Source of the DNA: Macrostomum hystrix
Lineage: Eukaryota > Animalia > Platyhelminthes
Direction: 5' to 3'
Assembly: GCA_950097015.1 (NCBI GenBank)
Contig: CATNEN010000025.1
Coordinates: forward strand, 4,836,001 to 4,900,000
DNA: 64,000 nt
In this document: piece by piece, positions 36,150-49,446 of the stretch
How the letters are laid out: every line of letters starts with the position of its first letter
Numbering within the stretch: the stretch's first letter is position 1
Made by a program: the position numbers and the translations under genes
Notes under the pieces: generated by a model
What the model was told of the DNA's origin: nothing
Databases searched by the model: none
The model's input: only the letters and a program-made list of their open reading frames with translations

Positions 36150-36485
36150 CATGGTCATGGCTCAGGATTAGCCAGGTCATTGCTTAGGATTAGCCAGGTC
36201 ATGGCTCAGGATTAGCCGGGTCATTGCTTAGGATTAGCCAGGTCATGGCTTAGGATTAGCCAGGTCATTGCTTAGGATTAGCCAGGTCATGGCTTAGGAT
36301 TAGCCAGGTCATTGCTTAGGATTAGCCAGGTCATTGCTTAGGATCAGCCAGGTCATTGCTTAGGATTAGCCAGGTCATTGCTTAGGATTAGCCAGGTCAT
36401 TGCTTAGGATTAGCTAGGTCATTGCTTAGGATTAGCCAGGTCATTGCTTAGGATTAGCTAGGTCATTGCTCAGGATTAGCCAGGT
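36150..36485. repeat. 22-bp minisatellite (GGATTAGCCAGGTCATTGCTTA)
   Basis: Period 22 (36165 to 36187). Confidence 0.93.
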
Positions 36486-37059
36486 CAAAGCTTGACTTAA
36501 TAGGTCAGGTTTCACAAGAACCGAAGCCAGTTCGACTCATCATTTTTCTCTGCTCTCACTGCTTCAGTGATTCTCGATTGGGATCAGTCACATCTGTTGA
36601 ATGTTAATTTTACATTGCCATGAAATCAGCACCATGATACATAGATTGTTAAAATGCTTTCAAGAAATGGTCTTCATTGCAGCAAGAATTCCATTTTTGT
36701 ATTACTGTTTTTCTCTTTAAAATGAAAATAATTCCAAGTTTGTTTTATTTCTGCAGTCATTAACTGCTACTATCTGTAGCTACAATGCATATTCACTTTA
36801 AAATGCTTGCAAATTGTCAGACTACGCTCGCAGCTGATCAAGCTGACCAAATAACCGCGTGTTGAAAATTGATTTCACAAATTTTTGTCTTTCAGTTTGA
36901 GTGTTCTTAATTAGCTTGAACAGCATTTTATTAATTAATATGCAAGGAGGTTTCTGCACAGCTTCGCTAATAAAAATATTTTAATGGATTTAGTGGCCTA
37001 GGCGAGGTCTTTGGAGGAAGGTAAGACATGTGCTTTTTGTGTTTTACTGTTAGCTAGGC

Positions 37060-37340
37060 CAGGACGTGGTGGGTGAGGGCAGTGGCGAGGTGGTTGAGCC
37101 CAAGGAGTGGTGGGTGAAGGCCATTGAGTGATAGGGTGCTAGGGAGTGGGGTGGGTGAGGGCCAGGGAGTGAGGTGGGTGCCAGTGGGTGGGTATTAGGG
37201 AGTGGGGTTGGTGAGGGCCAGGGAGTGAGGTGGGTGCCAGTGGGTGGGTATTAGGGAGTGGGTGGGTGAGGGCCAGGGAGTGAGGTGGGTGCCAGTGGGT
37301 GGATATTAGGGTGTGGGGTGGGTGAAAGCCGGAGTGTGAG
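37060..37340. repeat. G-rich degenerate tandem repeat of about 55-60 bp
   Basis: GGGAGTGGGGTGGGTGAGGGCCAGGGAGTGAGGTGGGTGCCAGTGGGTGG repeated about 3 times. Confidence 0.8.
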
Positions 37341-38844
37341 TGCTAGGAATTGTTTTAAGCTGTATATTTGTATAGCTGTGATTACATCAATATAATGTAT
37401 TTATTGTTTGTTCGTTCAAGCCTTACTTTATGGCATTATATTTTAGGTAACTCTTCTTCTGATGTTCCCTTAGTCCAGTTTTTAAGCAAGTATGTTTAAT
37501 GCTATATCAGTGTTCTCCACTAGATCGTTTGTGCCTAAATCCTCTGCAGATATACTATTCAAAGCAGATTATATTTGTTCAATAAACTGAGCACATTCTA
37601 TTCATGACTAGTTTATTTTTTCCTTTCGCAGCTGTTTTAACGGCTGTTCGAAAGGATTGATCTTTAATTTCATTAAGATTTAAGATAATAATTTCATCAT
37701 TAAACTAACCACTTAAAATTAAAAAGTCTATGCTGTCACTTTTCGTTCATTTCTTCTTTAGAAAGAATTAGATTTTTTGCTGAAAGCTTCACTAGAGTTG
37801 ATGTTCGTTAAACTTAAATAAACTGTTACATAGGGCGAAATGCGTTATTTTATGTTGGCCGATATGTAGAGTAATTTACGAAAGCATTGTAAAATGTTTA
37901 CTAAATAGATAAGGAGTAAGTCGTAGAACTCCTCAATTTGCAATAGCAAATTTTATTATAGAAAAAAGCGCCTCGAAGATTTTTAGGCTAAAACGGTTTG
38001 AGAAGAAAAAATATATATACGTAAGTCTGCACACAGCAATTTTTTTACGAGATTTTACTATATTTTCTCCAAAGCAGTCACTTACTGTCAGTAGGCGTCA
38101 ATGCGTTTTAAAGGAAAAATTGTTCTCGAGCGCCTAAACATATCGCCATTAAATAAGATGGCTATTAGGAACTATAAATAGCTAATTCGATACGATCATC
38201 GGGTGGTGCGGTCCGGAAGACTTGGTTAGACAGCCATTTGGACGGTCTCTTACTGCGAAGACTCAATTTATTGGCGAAGCTTGAGTCTGTGTTAATTCAC
38301 GGGCTCAGGTGGAGCCAACAAACTCCCCACCATCAAGTCTGACAACTTGACCGCACTTTTGTCTCTCGGTTGCAGTACCGGTTACGTAACTGTCGGATTG
38401 CGTTCATATTTTTGAATCGAATTTAATGCAAAACAATTGTTAACTCTACAATGAAGTACAATTTTATTTTTGCTTACAGAACAGATTATTTCAGTGTGCT
38501 ACTATATAATGACCCTATGCTTGAAGGATCCTCTTATTCTGTTCTGTTCATAATAGACGCAATTTTTTGAATGGCGTGACTCATACTCTTGCTTGTGCAT
38601 GAATGACTGGGCATTTTAAAATTCGGAGAACTCGTAAAAACAGCTTGACTTTTGCTGCTGCTGCTGCTGCTGCTGCTGAAACCGTGTTAGTACACCGTAT
38701 TTAACACAATAGCAAGGCTCGTATTCTAAATTTAGAAATAATTCAAGTAGATTTGTGTGCTCTCTAGTGAATTGTTCTGAAGTGTATGTTGTTAGACTCG
38801 CTTTCAAAAGGTTGAAATTTCTGCCTAACACTAACTCCAGTTGG

Positions 38845-41037
38845 TACTAACCTCAGGAACTGTGTACTAACCTCAGGAACTGTGTACTAACCTCAGGAAC
38901 TGTGTACTAACCTCAGGAACTGTGTACTAACCTCAGGAACTGTGTACTAACCTCAGGAACTGTGTACTAACCTCAGGGTTGTGTACTAACCTCAGGAACT
39001 GTGTACTAACCTCAGGGTTGTGTACTAATCTCAGGGTTGTGTACTAACCTCAGGAACTGAGTACTAACCTCAGGGTTGTGTACTAACCTCAGGGTTGTGT
39101 ACTAACCTCAGGGTTGTGTACTAACCTCATGGTTGTGTACTAACCTCAGGAACTGTGTACTAACCTCAGGGTTGTGTACTAACCTCAGGGTTGTGTACTA
39201 ACCTCAGGGTTGTGTACTAACCTCAGGAACTGTGTACTAACCTCAGGGTTGTGTACTAACCTCAGGGTTGTGTACTAACCTCAGGGTTGTGTACTAACCT
39301 CAGTGTTTTGTACTAACCTCAGGGTTATGTACTAACCTCAGGAACTGTGTACTAACCTCAGGAACTGTGTACTAACCTCAGGGTTGTGTACTAACCTCAG
39401 GGTTGTGTACTAACCTCAGGGTTGTGTACTAACCTCAGGGTTGTGTACTAACCTCAGGGTTATGTACTAACCTCAGGAACTGTGTACTAACCTCAGGAAC
39501 TGTGTACTAACCTCAGGAACTGTGTACTAACCTCAGGGTTGTGTACTAACCTCAGGAACTGTGTACTAACCTCAGGGTTGTGTACTAATCTCAGGGTTGT
39601 GTACTAACCTCAGGAACTGAGTACTAACCTCAGGGTTGTGTACTAACCTCAGGGTTGTGTACTAACCTCAGGGTTGTGTACTAACCTCATGGTTGTGTAC
39701 TAACCTCAGGAACTGTGTACTAACCTCAGGGTTGTGTACTAACCTCAGGGTTGTGTACTAACCTCAGGGTTGTGTACTAACCTCAGGAACTGTGTACTAA
39801 CCTCAGGGTTGTGTACTAACCTCAGGGTTGTGTACTAACCTCAGGGTTGTGTACTAACCTCAGTGTTTTGTACTAACCTCAGGGTTATGTACTAACCTCA
39901 GGAACTGTGTACTAACCTCAGGAACTGTGTACTAACCTCAGGGTTGTGTACTAACCTCAGGAACTGTGTACTAACCTCAGGGTTGTGTACTAACCTCAGG
40001 AACTGTGTACTAACCTCAGGGTTGTGTACTAACCTCAGGGTTGTGTACTAACCTCAGGGTTGTGTACTAACCTCAGGAACTGTGTACTAACCTCAGGGTT
40101 GTGTACTAACCTCAGGGTTGTGTACTAACCTCAGGAACTGTGTACTAACCTCAGGGTTGTGTACTAACCTCAGGAATTGTGTACTAACCTCAGGGTTGTG
40201 TACTAACCTCAGGGTTGTGTACTAACCTCAGGAACTGTGTACTAACCTCAGGGTTGTGTACTAACCTCAGGAACTGTGTACTAACCTCAGGGTTGTGTAC
40301 TAACCTCAGGGTTGTGTACTAACCTCAGGGTTGTGTACTAACCTCAGGAACTGTGTACTAACCTCAGGGTTGTGTACTAACCTCAGGAACTGTGTACTAA
40401 CCTCAGGGTTGTGTACTAACCTCAGGAACTGTGTACAAACCTCAGGGTTGTGTACTAACCTCAGGGTTGTTTACTAACCTCAGGAACTGTGTACTAACCT
40501 CAGGGTTGTGTACTAACCTCAGGAACTGTGTACTAACCTCAGGGTTGTGTACTAACCTCAGGGTTGTGTACTAACCTCAGGAACTGTGTACTAACCTCAG
40601 GGTTGTGTACTAACCTCAGGGTTGTGTACTAACCTCAGGAACTGTGTACTAACCTCAGGGTTGTGTACTAACCTCAGGGTTGTGTACTAACCTCAGGGTT
40701 GTGTACTAACCTCAGGAACTGTGTACTAACCTCAGGGTTGTGTACTAACCTCAGGAACTGTGTACTAACCTCAGGGTTGTGTACTAACCTCAGGAACTGT
40801 GTACAAACCTCAGGGTTGTGTACTAACCTCAGGGTTGTTTACTAACCTCAGGAACTGTGTACTAACCTCAGGGTTGTGTACTAACCTCAGGAACTGTGTA
40901 CTAACCTCAGGGTTGTGTACTAACCTCAGGGTTGTGTACTAACCTCAGGAACTGTGTACTAACCTCAGGGTTGTGTACTAACCTCAGGGTTGTGTACTAA
41001 CCTCAGGAACTGTGTACTAACCTCAGGGTTGTGTACT
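38845..41037 (-). repeat. 19/20-bp satellite, right arm (inverted relative to 33578-36048)
   Basis: (GTGTACTAACCTCAGGGTT / GTGTACTAACCTCAGGAACT)n. Confidence 0.97.
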
Positions 41038-41614
41038 GAGGCGTTCATCACAAAAACGAACCTGGGGGAAATAAGCAAAACAAAATTTAGCAGTTGACTA
41101 GTGAACACTTAAAATATGTCTTCAATGAAAGCAGTAAAACTCCACTGCACATCAGAATGAAACATTCTCTAGCTAAAGCGATAACAGTAGAATGACCACT
41201 GGGTATTTAAAATACTTACACTTATTTTCTGTATCTCCCAAAGTATTGGACCAATCGAAACGATATTGGCCATAGAACTATTGGCTCATTAGGATTGAGA
41301 TTAATTTGACTGCTCACACTGACTGCGACTTACGCTTTTTTCACTGCTCAATAGTGGGAAAGCCTCTGATAAACATTTGAAAATCGGGACCATACGCTTG
41401 TACAGTTGATAGTGAGTCAGTCAGTCCGCACTCAACATCCGGTGACAGTAGCTCACATCACACTCAAGCAACACTGTTCACATAGACCCATATACAATAT
41501 TACGTTTATGACATATGGTATTTGTTCATAGTCCAGCTAATTTAGATAAACGGTAAAGTTTTTAGAGATATTTGCAAGTTGTTGCAGTGAACAAGTAGTA
41601 TAGTACTAGTAGCA

Positions 41615-41975
41615 GTTGTTGTTATTGTTGTTTTGCTGTTGTTGTTGTCTAAGGTGAGCCGCTTAGAGGGGACAACACGTCGGCCCGTGCGAAGTCGGAA
41701 AGGTCAAAGCGAAGGTGTAGCGACATCCCCTTGAGGAAGGGCGTGGCCTTGAACCCACTGCGAGAGCAGGAGCGAGTTGGACGTAGGGCGGTCGGCGGAG
41801 AGAGCCGAAATCGCGCTTTGGCTGTCCGTAAGAATTGGCGGCAGCAGGCGGGGCGGCGGTAGCGTTGTCGTCGATGGCCAGGTGAATGGCGATCAGCTTC
41901 GCTTCGAAGGAGCTGCACCATTTACCTGCAGCCATCTGGCCACGACGGATGATGGCTTTGGACATGGGATTCAAC
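41615..41975 (-). pseudogene. Degenerate RNase H fragment and 3' end of a non-LTR retrotransposon with (CAA)n tail
   Basis: Minus strand reads AAGKWCSSFEAKLIAIHLAI, then after a frameshift ILTDSQSAISAL...QWVQGH. These are RNase H motifs (AE.xAI, TDS.SA, WV.GH). A CAACAACAACAG tail follows. Confidence 0.78.
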
Positions 41976-44104
41976 AGTGACGTCACAAGAATAGCTACTA
42001 CTATAATTACCACTCGATTGTAAAATTCCGCTAGTAAATAACAATCATGAAAATAAATCGACCGGCGGCCTATTTCAAAAGAAACTTACGAGCTCCTTCT
42101 TTATTATGCTGCTTTTCTCTTTTATCTTTTACCGACGCTTAACTACCCCCCTCCCCTAATCCAAATCCCGTTGAAAAGCTGTCACAGTTCCACTGCCAGG
42201 GAAATAAATTTTGTTAGCGCTCTTTTTGCAAAGAAGTTAAGGAATTTGAAAATGTGACTCCTGCAGCAGCCTTCCGGTCAGCAACTCAGACCTCAGAACA
42301 CAGGCGATTGCTTCTGACAGAACATGGCTTCTGATTTCGCCGCTTCTTTGCTATGTCAAAAGACATTTTCATCATGAACAATTCGTTGGTGCCAACGCCA
42401 ATAACATTTAATCTATTATTCTCACAGTACCTTAATGTGTTTTACTTGTTGTCGTTTATACCCGTTTATTCAGCTATGAAAAATGACTATGAAGGACCTA
42501 CAAGCGAGCTAGATTAGATTATGAATGGGCTCTTCCTTCCCATGAAACTTTGTTCAACTGCACAGAAAAATCCACCGAATTCTAGATTTTCTCGCATTCA
42601 TATATAAAAGCTTTAAAATGCCTTCTGCTTTTGGGAGTTAAACCAGTTTCAGTGAACTGCCCCATGTGGTCCTCGCTCTGTATTCCCCCCATTGCTATCT
42701 GGTCGGCTCCCATGCGGAGTTTAGTTCTAAGCATTAACCCTTATACAACAGCGGCCTCAACTACAGCTGTTGTTTACAGGACTGAGACAGAAACGGGGAA
42801 AGAAAAGAAGAGAGAGAGCATTGTGTGGGCGTTCAGCCAACTCAACTATTTCACTAGTTCCCCTGTAATGCAGGCTGCAGCCGAAGGTGAGGCCAGTAAG
42901 CAAGCATTACAGTCCTCCCGTCAGTTCCCAATATGGGAATCCTACACTGTCTTTGCTGTAGCTATACAAGCAGTAAAAGTCCAAAATTGGGGCAACAGTT
43001 TACTATAGGGAAGGAACACCAGACTGACGTCGGCATCGTGTTTCCGGACACATATTTCCGAGTTTTTTATTACTTATTTATTGCTTAGCAACATTTCTTT
43101 TGGCGAATGCTAGTTGGAGTAAAGAAAGGAATAAAATATGAGTACTGATAGGCGGAATTGAAGACAGACCAAATTATTTTGTGAACGCATTTGAGTTCTC
43201 TCGTGTTTGTCTGTGTTTACCCTGATGTCTAGCTCGTATTTATCAACAGGTCTTATTTCTTCATCTTTAGCATTCGCACAGCGTTGACCAATATCTCAAG
43301 CAGTCAATCAAAGCTGAGAATTATAGAAAATTATAATTCATAGTCACAAGTGCGTGGATCGTGCCGGTCGATGCGTTGTTGATTTTTTATATCTGAAAAA
43401 ATTGCCGGACCGGATGAAAAAACTCCAACTGTCGATTTGTCAAGATTGCGGCGAGTAATTCACTCACTCACTCCTATATCCCTTTCTCTCTATGGGTAGT
43501 AAAAATTCATTTTTCCATTCATAACTGTGTGGGCGGACGGGTCAGTACTTGGATTCCGGTGGCGGGCATTCGCTCTGATATTGCTCAACCAACCAATCAG
43601 ACAGTTGCATGGATCTACTGGACGGAGGTTGCTGCTCGCTTGGTGAGTTCTGTTTAATAAGTAGGCCGCTAGGGTTGTGAGTGGAGGCGGGATATTTAGA
43701 ATACACAGTTGTCCGTTCTGTGTGATTGAGAATAAACAGCCTACCGAATAGGCCAACAACTCGTTAGTGGTTAATTATTGAGGAAAACTATTATTCCGAT
43801 TCGAAGTGTTTGATCGGTAAGTTCAATTTACAAGTATTGGCAGACAAATTTCTTATTTTATATTTTCTGATCCTCTTATCTTCTCGACCGTCGACCCCTC
43901 AGTACGCACTCAAACACACGTACACACATACCTACACTCTAGCAGGTGTATAAATCTGCTCTTGACTTCATCATCGACTAGCAAAGCCACAGTGCCGCGG
44001 CAGGTGGGTCCTCATGGGCGTAAATTGCACAAGCCCCCCTAGCCATGATCTCTCCATGGTTGCGCAGCAGAGTTCTGTAATTTGGCTTTTGTAAGGCGCT
44101 GAGT

Positions 44105-44360
44105 AGGGGGGTCGGTGGCAGAGCGGTTAACGCTTGAGGGCCAATTTCCAAGGCGCAGTGAAGTGTACACTGCCTGACGATGAGAAAGTCAGGGCAGATG
44201 TACACACCTGTGTGAGCGTGTGCCTGCGTACGGTATCTGAGTGCGTGTGTGCTCAGGAGTCAGCGAAATGGGCAGAGTTGCCTCCTCGCTGGCTGCAGGT
44301 CTCGTGTCACCAAATGATGTGCCATTGCCCGCAGCCCTCCTGCAATTATTATTATTATAC
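44105..44360 (+). mobile_element. SINE family B with internal deletion
   Basis: Head GGGGGGTCGGTGGCAGAGCGGTTAACGC is joined directly to TTGAGGGCCA (about 130 nt missing); body and ATT tail are intact. Confidence 0.85.
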
Positions 44361-44924
44361 GAGGAATCGAATAAAGGCGTGGAATTCAAAATATTTATCC
44401 TTCTCCAGACACATAAAGACAATGTATGAAGTCGTTATCCCCTGGGAAGAACAAGTTAATCAATTTGATGATTATCCGTCCTTACGGGCCTTGTCAGGTA
44501 GGAAGAAACACGTCCAAAAATGATGTTGATATAGTTAGCCCGAGTGATAATCAAGGCGAGTTGTGTTCTGCGGGTAACACACGCACGCATATCCGCATAC
44601 ACATGCACAGCTGTCTCCTGGTTCCTTTCTCCTTCGACTGAAATTCCCAGAGTATTGAGTGTGTACTCAAATGTTGGTGTTCTCACATGTATGACGAAAT
44701 ATAAGCTTTTCCCCACTAAAATCGTGCCCGTAAATAAAATTCTTGTGTGAATTTGGTGCCATGTGAGTCGACGGAGAGTTTTACAATTTTTAAATGGTCT
44801 AGTTGGATAGTTGATTGGTTTGAGAAGTATTCTTAGCAAAAATATAGATTTCTTAGCTTCGGATTCCTGTCTAAGAGATCTTGAGTTCGAACCTCAGCCA
44901 AACAATCTCAGAAATTTAGGTTTG

Positions 44925-44995
44925 TGACGGCCCCCAGTCCATGGACTGAATAGTCTTTGAAAGCGCCATTCAATAGCTGCGGCTGTGCCACTGGC
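44925..44995 (+). mobile_element. SINE family A fragment
   Basis: CCCCCAGTCCATGGACTGAA...CAATAGCTGCGGCTGTGC matches the family A body. Confidence 0.6.
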
Positions 44996-45087
44996 TTTTA
45001 TTCTATCATTCCATCTGTCTTTTATCTAGTACTTTGAGTAATATGACATCTACTAGTACATGTAAAGTTGCTACTTATAACCAGCGA

Positions 45088-45437
45088 ATAATAATAATAA
45101 TAACTGCATGAGGGCTGCAGGCAATGGTACATCAATTAGTGACACTAGACCCACAGCCAGCGAGGTGGCAATTCTGCCCATTTCGCTGACTCCTGAGCAC
45201 ACACGCACTCAGATGTGTACATCTGCCCTGTCTTCGTCAGGCCTTCATCGTCAGGCAGTGTACACTCTCACTGTGCCTTAGAGTTTTGCCCTCAAGGGCG
45301 TTAATTGCACGACAAGCCCCCAACCAAGCCTTCTCTCTGCGGCTGTGCCTCAAATGAATGTGGCTTCGCCGCGGAATCGAGCTCAGGGACCTTGGTGCGA
45401 GAGGCAAACGCGTTAACCGCTCTGCCACTGACCCCAC
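45088..45437 (-). mobile_element. tRNA-derived SINE family B just upstream of Tob
   Basis: Reverse complement of the 4555 copy, with an (AAT)n tail at 45088-45102. Confidence 0.87.
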
Positions 45438-45494
45438 TTATATCCAGAGTACAACTACTTTCCAACCCACAGTCCCCCGCAACTGCTATCGGCG

Positions 45495-46659
45495 ATGCTC
45501 ACCGAGGTTTCAGTAGCCGTCAGCTTCGTCGCCTCCTTCCTCTATGGCAAGCTGCCCCGTCGGCGCGTCCACATGCTCGGCGAGGAGCTGGACAAAGCCA
45601 TCCGGGCCAAGTTCCAGGGCCACTGGTACCCGGAACAGCCGCTGAAGGGCACGGCCTATCGCTGCCTGAAGCTCTCCGGCGACCACCCGGACTTGCTGGT
45701 GTTTGAGGCGGCCCGAAACATCGGACTGGACGCCGCTGAGATTTTTCATCACCTGCCAGAGAACCTCACACTGTGGATCGATCCCGGAGAGGTGTCTTAC
45801 CGAATCGGAGAGAAGGGTGAGGATAGGGCGTCGTTAAGACCGTGTATTTCTCGTGTTATTAAGACCCAGTGGTTAGTTTGAGTGTTCTCTCGATACACTG
45901 TGTTTATTGTTGCTTGTACCGGCAAGTGAAACTTATGGATCAAAAAAGTTCTGAGCATTTATTCTCTTTCTTCAACAAACTTCAGGAACAGTCTCCGTGC
46001 TGTACTCAGACAAAGGCCTTGACGAGTCGCCAAGCGAGTTCAACCCTGAGGCGCAGGACTTTGTTCCGGCCTCCGACCAACTGCTGATGGTGCACAACTT
46101 CGCCCAGCTTGGCCTTTACCAGCAGCCCAGCCCGCCGCAGCAGGACCTCGGCAACTACAGCCAATACATGCTGCAGAAGAGCAGCTCGGCGCCGAACTTC
46201 TTCACAGCTGCCGCCTTCGCTCAGACCAAGTTTGGCAGCACCAAACTGCGCCAGCAGACGCGCAGAACGGGCGGCGGACGACACAACGGCAGCAGCTCTA
46301 ACGGCTTTAACGAATCTTCTGGACGCCGGGGCGCTACCAACGGTCGAGCTGGCGGCGGTGGCGACCTCGGATTCAACGGCTTCAGTGCAGCCCAGCAACA
46401 ATCAAGCAGCCGTTATTCGGCTTTAGCAGCGGCAGCTTTCAATCGTTCATTCTCGCTGTCACCTGGCGTCGGCTTCAACGGAGTCGATTGGTCCACCGGC
46501 GATAGCACCGGAAACCTGCTGTCTGTGCACATCTCAGCTGGTGGCGGCGGCCACCTCAGCAGCAACGGCTCGAGCCGGCAGGCCTCGCCTGGAGCAGCTG
46601 CTGCTTCTACAAATGGTACTTCTGGTCGAGCCACGGAGCAGCTGCTGTTGGCTAAGTAA
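45495..46659 (+). CDS. TOB: Tob (BTG/Tob family antiproliferative deadenylation adaptor)
   Basis: Exons 45495-45816 and 45986-46659 (phase 1, G|GA). BTG domain (HWYPEQPLKGTAYRC, LPENLTLWIDPGEVSYRIGEKG), PAM2-like SEFNPEAQDFVP, and the Tob-specific FTAAAFAQTKFGSTK motif. Confidence 0.95.
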
Positions 46660-49446
46660 ACTGACAAGCTTTTAGCGGTTTCTGTCTGATGTTCTAAAAT
46701 ATTTTGCACACTTTCGCTCCCGATTCAGTGACGCTGCCTAGAGAATTTCCAATATGTCTTTTTTGTACGAATTATGTAGCAGATTTGGGAACACTGCTAA
46801 GATGGTCTTTCCAAAGCATGTTTCGTTAATACTATAACGCGCTTTAGTTGTGCCCAACACTCTGACAGTCACTTGACTAGCCAATCAGAGCTCATTTCTC
46901 ATACGATTCCCGACCGCCTTCTTTCCCACCTCACTCCCCGACCCCTCAGCCTTCCACTCGTATCAGTTAGCCAATCACAGATCGTTTCTTGATGCCAATT
47001 ATCTCTACTTAGCAGGAGTCGCAGATTGTGTAAAACAAGTCTCAACAACAGCCATTCCAGATTGTTATTCGCAATTTATAAAACTGTAATTCCTAGTTTT
47101 GAAATTCCTACGAGCTCCATATTTAAAGTTCATATCAAATTTTTTTCCGCCCGTGGAATCCGGATTTTCTTGGATATTTGCTCGTCGTCGTAGTTTTAAA
47201 AAAGTTCACTTTTGTTTTCTTGTCTACACTTCTTGGGTGACGGGGCATGAGAAGCTGGGTTTATTGGCTAGAATTTTCGTGTGCCGTTTCTTTTACTGAT
47301 TGTTTAATGCTATATTCTTATCCGCGTCTTGCAGGTGTCGGTATTGAGTTGTCCCATGATTTACCCCCACTTAACTTTGACAGCACCAGATTACAGATAT
47401 CGAGGTGACTCAATCAGATTTTTCTACATAAAAAGACATTGACCGCTTTCATTCAACTCAGATGAAATTTCCTCACTGTTTTTTACTCTGCTTTAGAAAA
47501 ATTCGTAGCTCGTTTTTTTCCTATTTTAGTCCCGAATTTTCAAGACATTGCCGAATTTTTATATAATGTTTCACATCTTGTTAGTCGCTTGATTAAAGAC
47601 GCTTTCACTAAACAAATTGATGTTGGATAACGCGAGATTTGTTAGACATAATCAATTGAAGCTAATTCAAGCGCAACTGTGAATGAAGTGCAATTTTTCA
47701 CCATTTTCTTACGTTTATATGTCAGACAAATACAGTCAGCTTTTTCACTTTTGTTATGTGTTGGTTCAAGGCAACCATTTGACAACTCGAGGCCAGCATG
47801 ATGCTGTTATTAACTTTCATATTTATCAAATCCTAAATCTGATGGGTAGTTGGTAGGCTCACTATCCTTCAATCCGCCAATAACACCAGCGCTCTAGATA
47901 GCTCTCCAATCAGCAGCCATTTACATTTGCAATCGTAATCAGCGTGTACATTAGACAGTCAAACCGTGCACTTCCTTCTCTTCCTCCAACCTCTGTCAGT
48001 ACACCAACCCACCTCACTCCATATGTACATTAACGAGTCAAAGTGTGAAATTCCTTCTCTTCTTGCCCTTCTCTCCGCACACACCAGCCACCTCACTCCG
48101 TGTGTACATTTGAAAGTTAAAGTTTTCACTTCCTTCTTTCCCCCTATTTATCCGCACCCACCACCCACCTCACTCCAATGTACAGAAGACAGTCGAAGCG
48201 CACTTTTCACTTCTCCTTGAACCAACGAATCCCTGGCTCGCCAGACGCCACCCCGTGACAAGTTTTTGTCATGAAACCCGGACAAATTACGGCTCGTAAT
48301 TTAGAATCGAAGGAAGCCAACTCTCCGAGTAGTGATTCAGCAATTCAATCAACATGGGTACGAAGCGTGTCCCATTTCTAGATTTATTTCTCCCTCTATT
48401 TCCTTCTCTCCACATTGGAGCTGCAGTATTCAGTGTGCATTTTATAATCGGCACGGAACAGCTGAGAGGCCATGGTGCCTGTGTCCACACGACCGACTGA
48501 TTCACGTGCGAGGAAGGGCCAGACCCGGCAGTGAGTTGGACCGGGGCAAACGTTAAGAGGGCCGGTTGAAACGAAATCTAAAATACAAAAAAACTCGTCT
48601 CCAGTGGCTTCGCTGGCCTCCTTGCCCAGAAGCTTCATTCCCGAGTGTGCTGAAATTCAAATTTTATTGCTTGAAAGTTAATATTACCTTTTATATTGCT
48701 TAATGAATGTTGACGGACTATAGCAGATATAACGGTAAATAGAGAATCAGTGCGAGATAGGGGGAGGTTGTCTGGCTGGGCTAGGTGCATAAGGAGTTGC
48801 TCATTGAATGCACGAAAACAGCGTCATCTGCTTGGCATCTCAGCCTGATATTCTCTCCTTATCTGAAGACTCTCTGTCCTAGGCTAAGGCCTTGAAGTGC
48901 TGAATAACTAGCTAAGCAACTCGAAGTCTCACCTATAACTATTTCTGCTCCAAGGTATGGGCAACTGCATGCTTCTAGCGCCAGCAATTTTCCAGCTGTT
49001 TAAACGCACACATTGACACTAATATCCGGCATGCCCAGTGTGGCTCACTACAGGAATTTAAGCCGGCGACTATCGATTATGAAATTTGAAATTGAGGCCG
49101 ACTTACCATTGATCTGGCTCAGTGAAGCACTGATCAATTCATAGATACGACATGCACTGGCTTATAAATTGTATCAGGTTACTAGTGATTCATATCAGAT
49201 TACATAAAGATTAAATTGAATATCTGTAAGTTATTTCAGCGAAAAATATAGTTAGTATTAAGAGACAAAAATTTCAAATTGATGACAGACAGAGAGATAT
49301 GGATTGTCGACATTGGCTGTAGATTTTTTGGCTTGTTAACTTGTTAACTAAAATGCGCAAAGCAATTGTGTGATCGCTTGCCACCTTGCCTTTTTTGTAT
49401 TTAAAGTACAGATGCCTCTGATACTTAGCTTCTCCGCGTCAAATGA

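Larger units (their letters stand above)
33345..41255. mobile_element. Foldback-like structure: long inverted arms, each with about 230 bp of unique sequence plus a 19/20-bp satellite
   Basis: 33360-33580 is the near-identical reverse complement of 41035-41245. The adjoining satellite is (GAGGTTAGTACACAACCCT)n at 33578-36048 and its reverse complement at 38845-41037. Termini and target-site duplication were not identified. Confidence 0.6.

Noticed and set aside
38616-38831. PolyQ ORF in the foldback core as a transposase remnant
   Set aside because: Short, AT-rich, with no transposase motifs; just a (CTG)n run.
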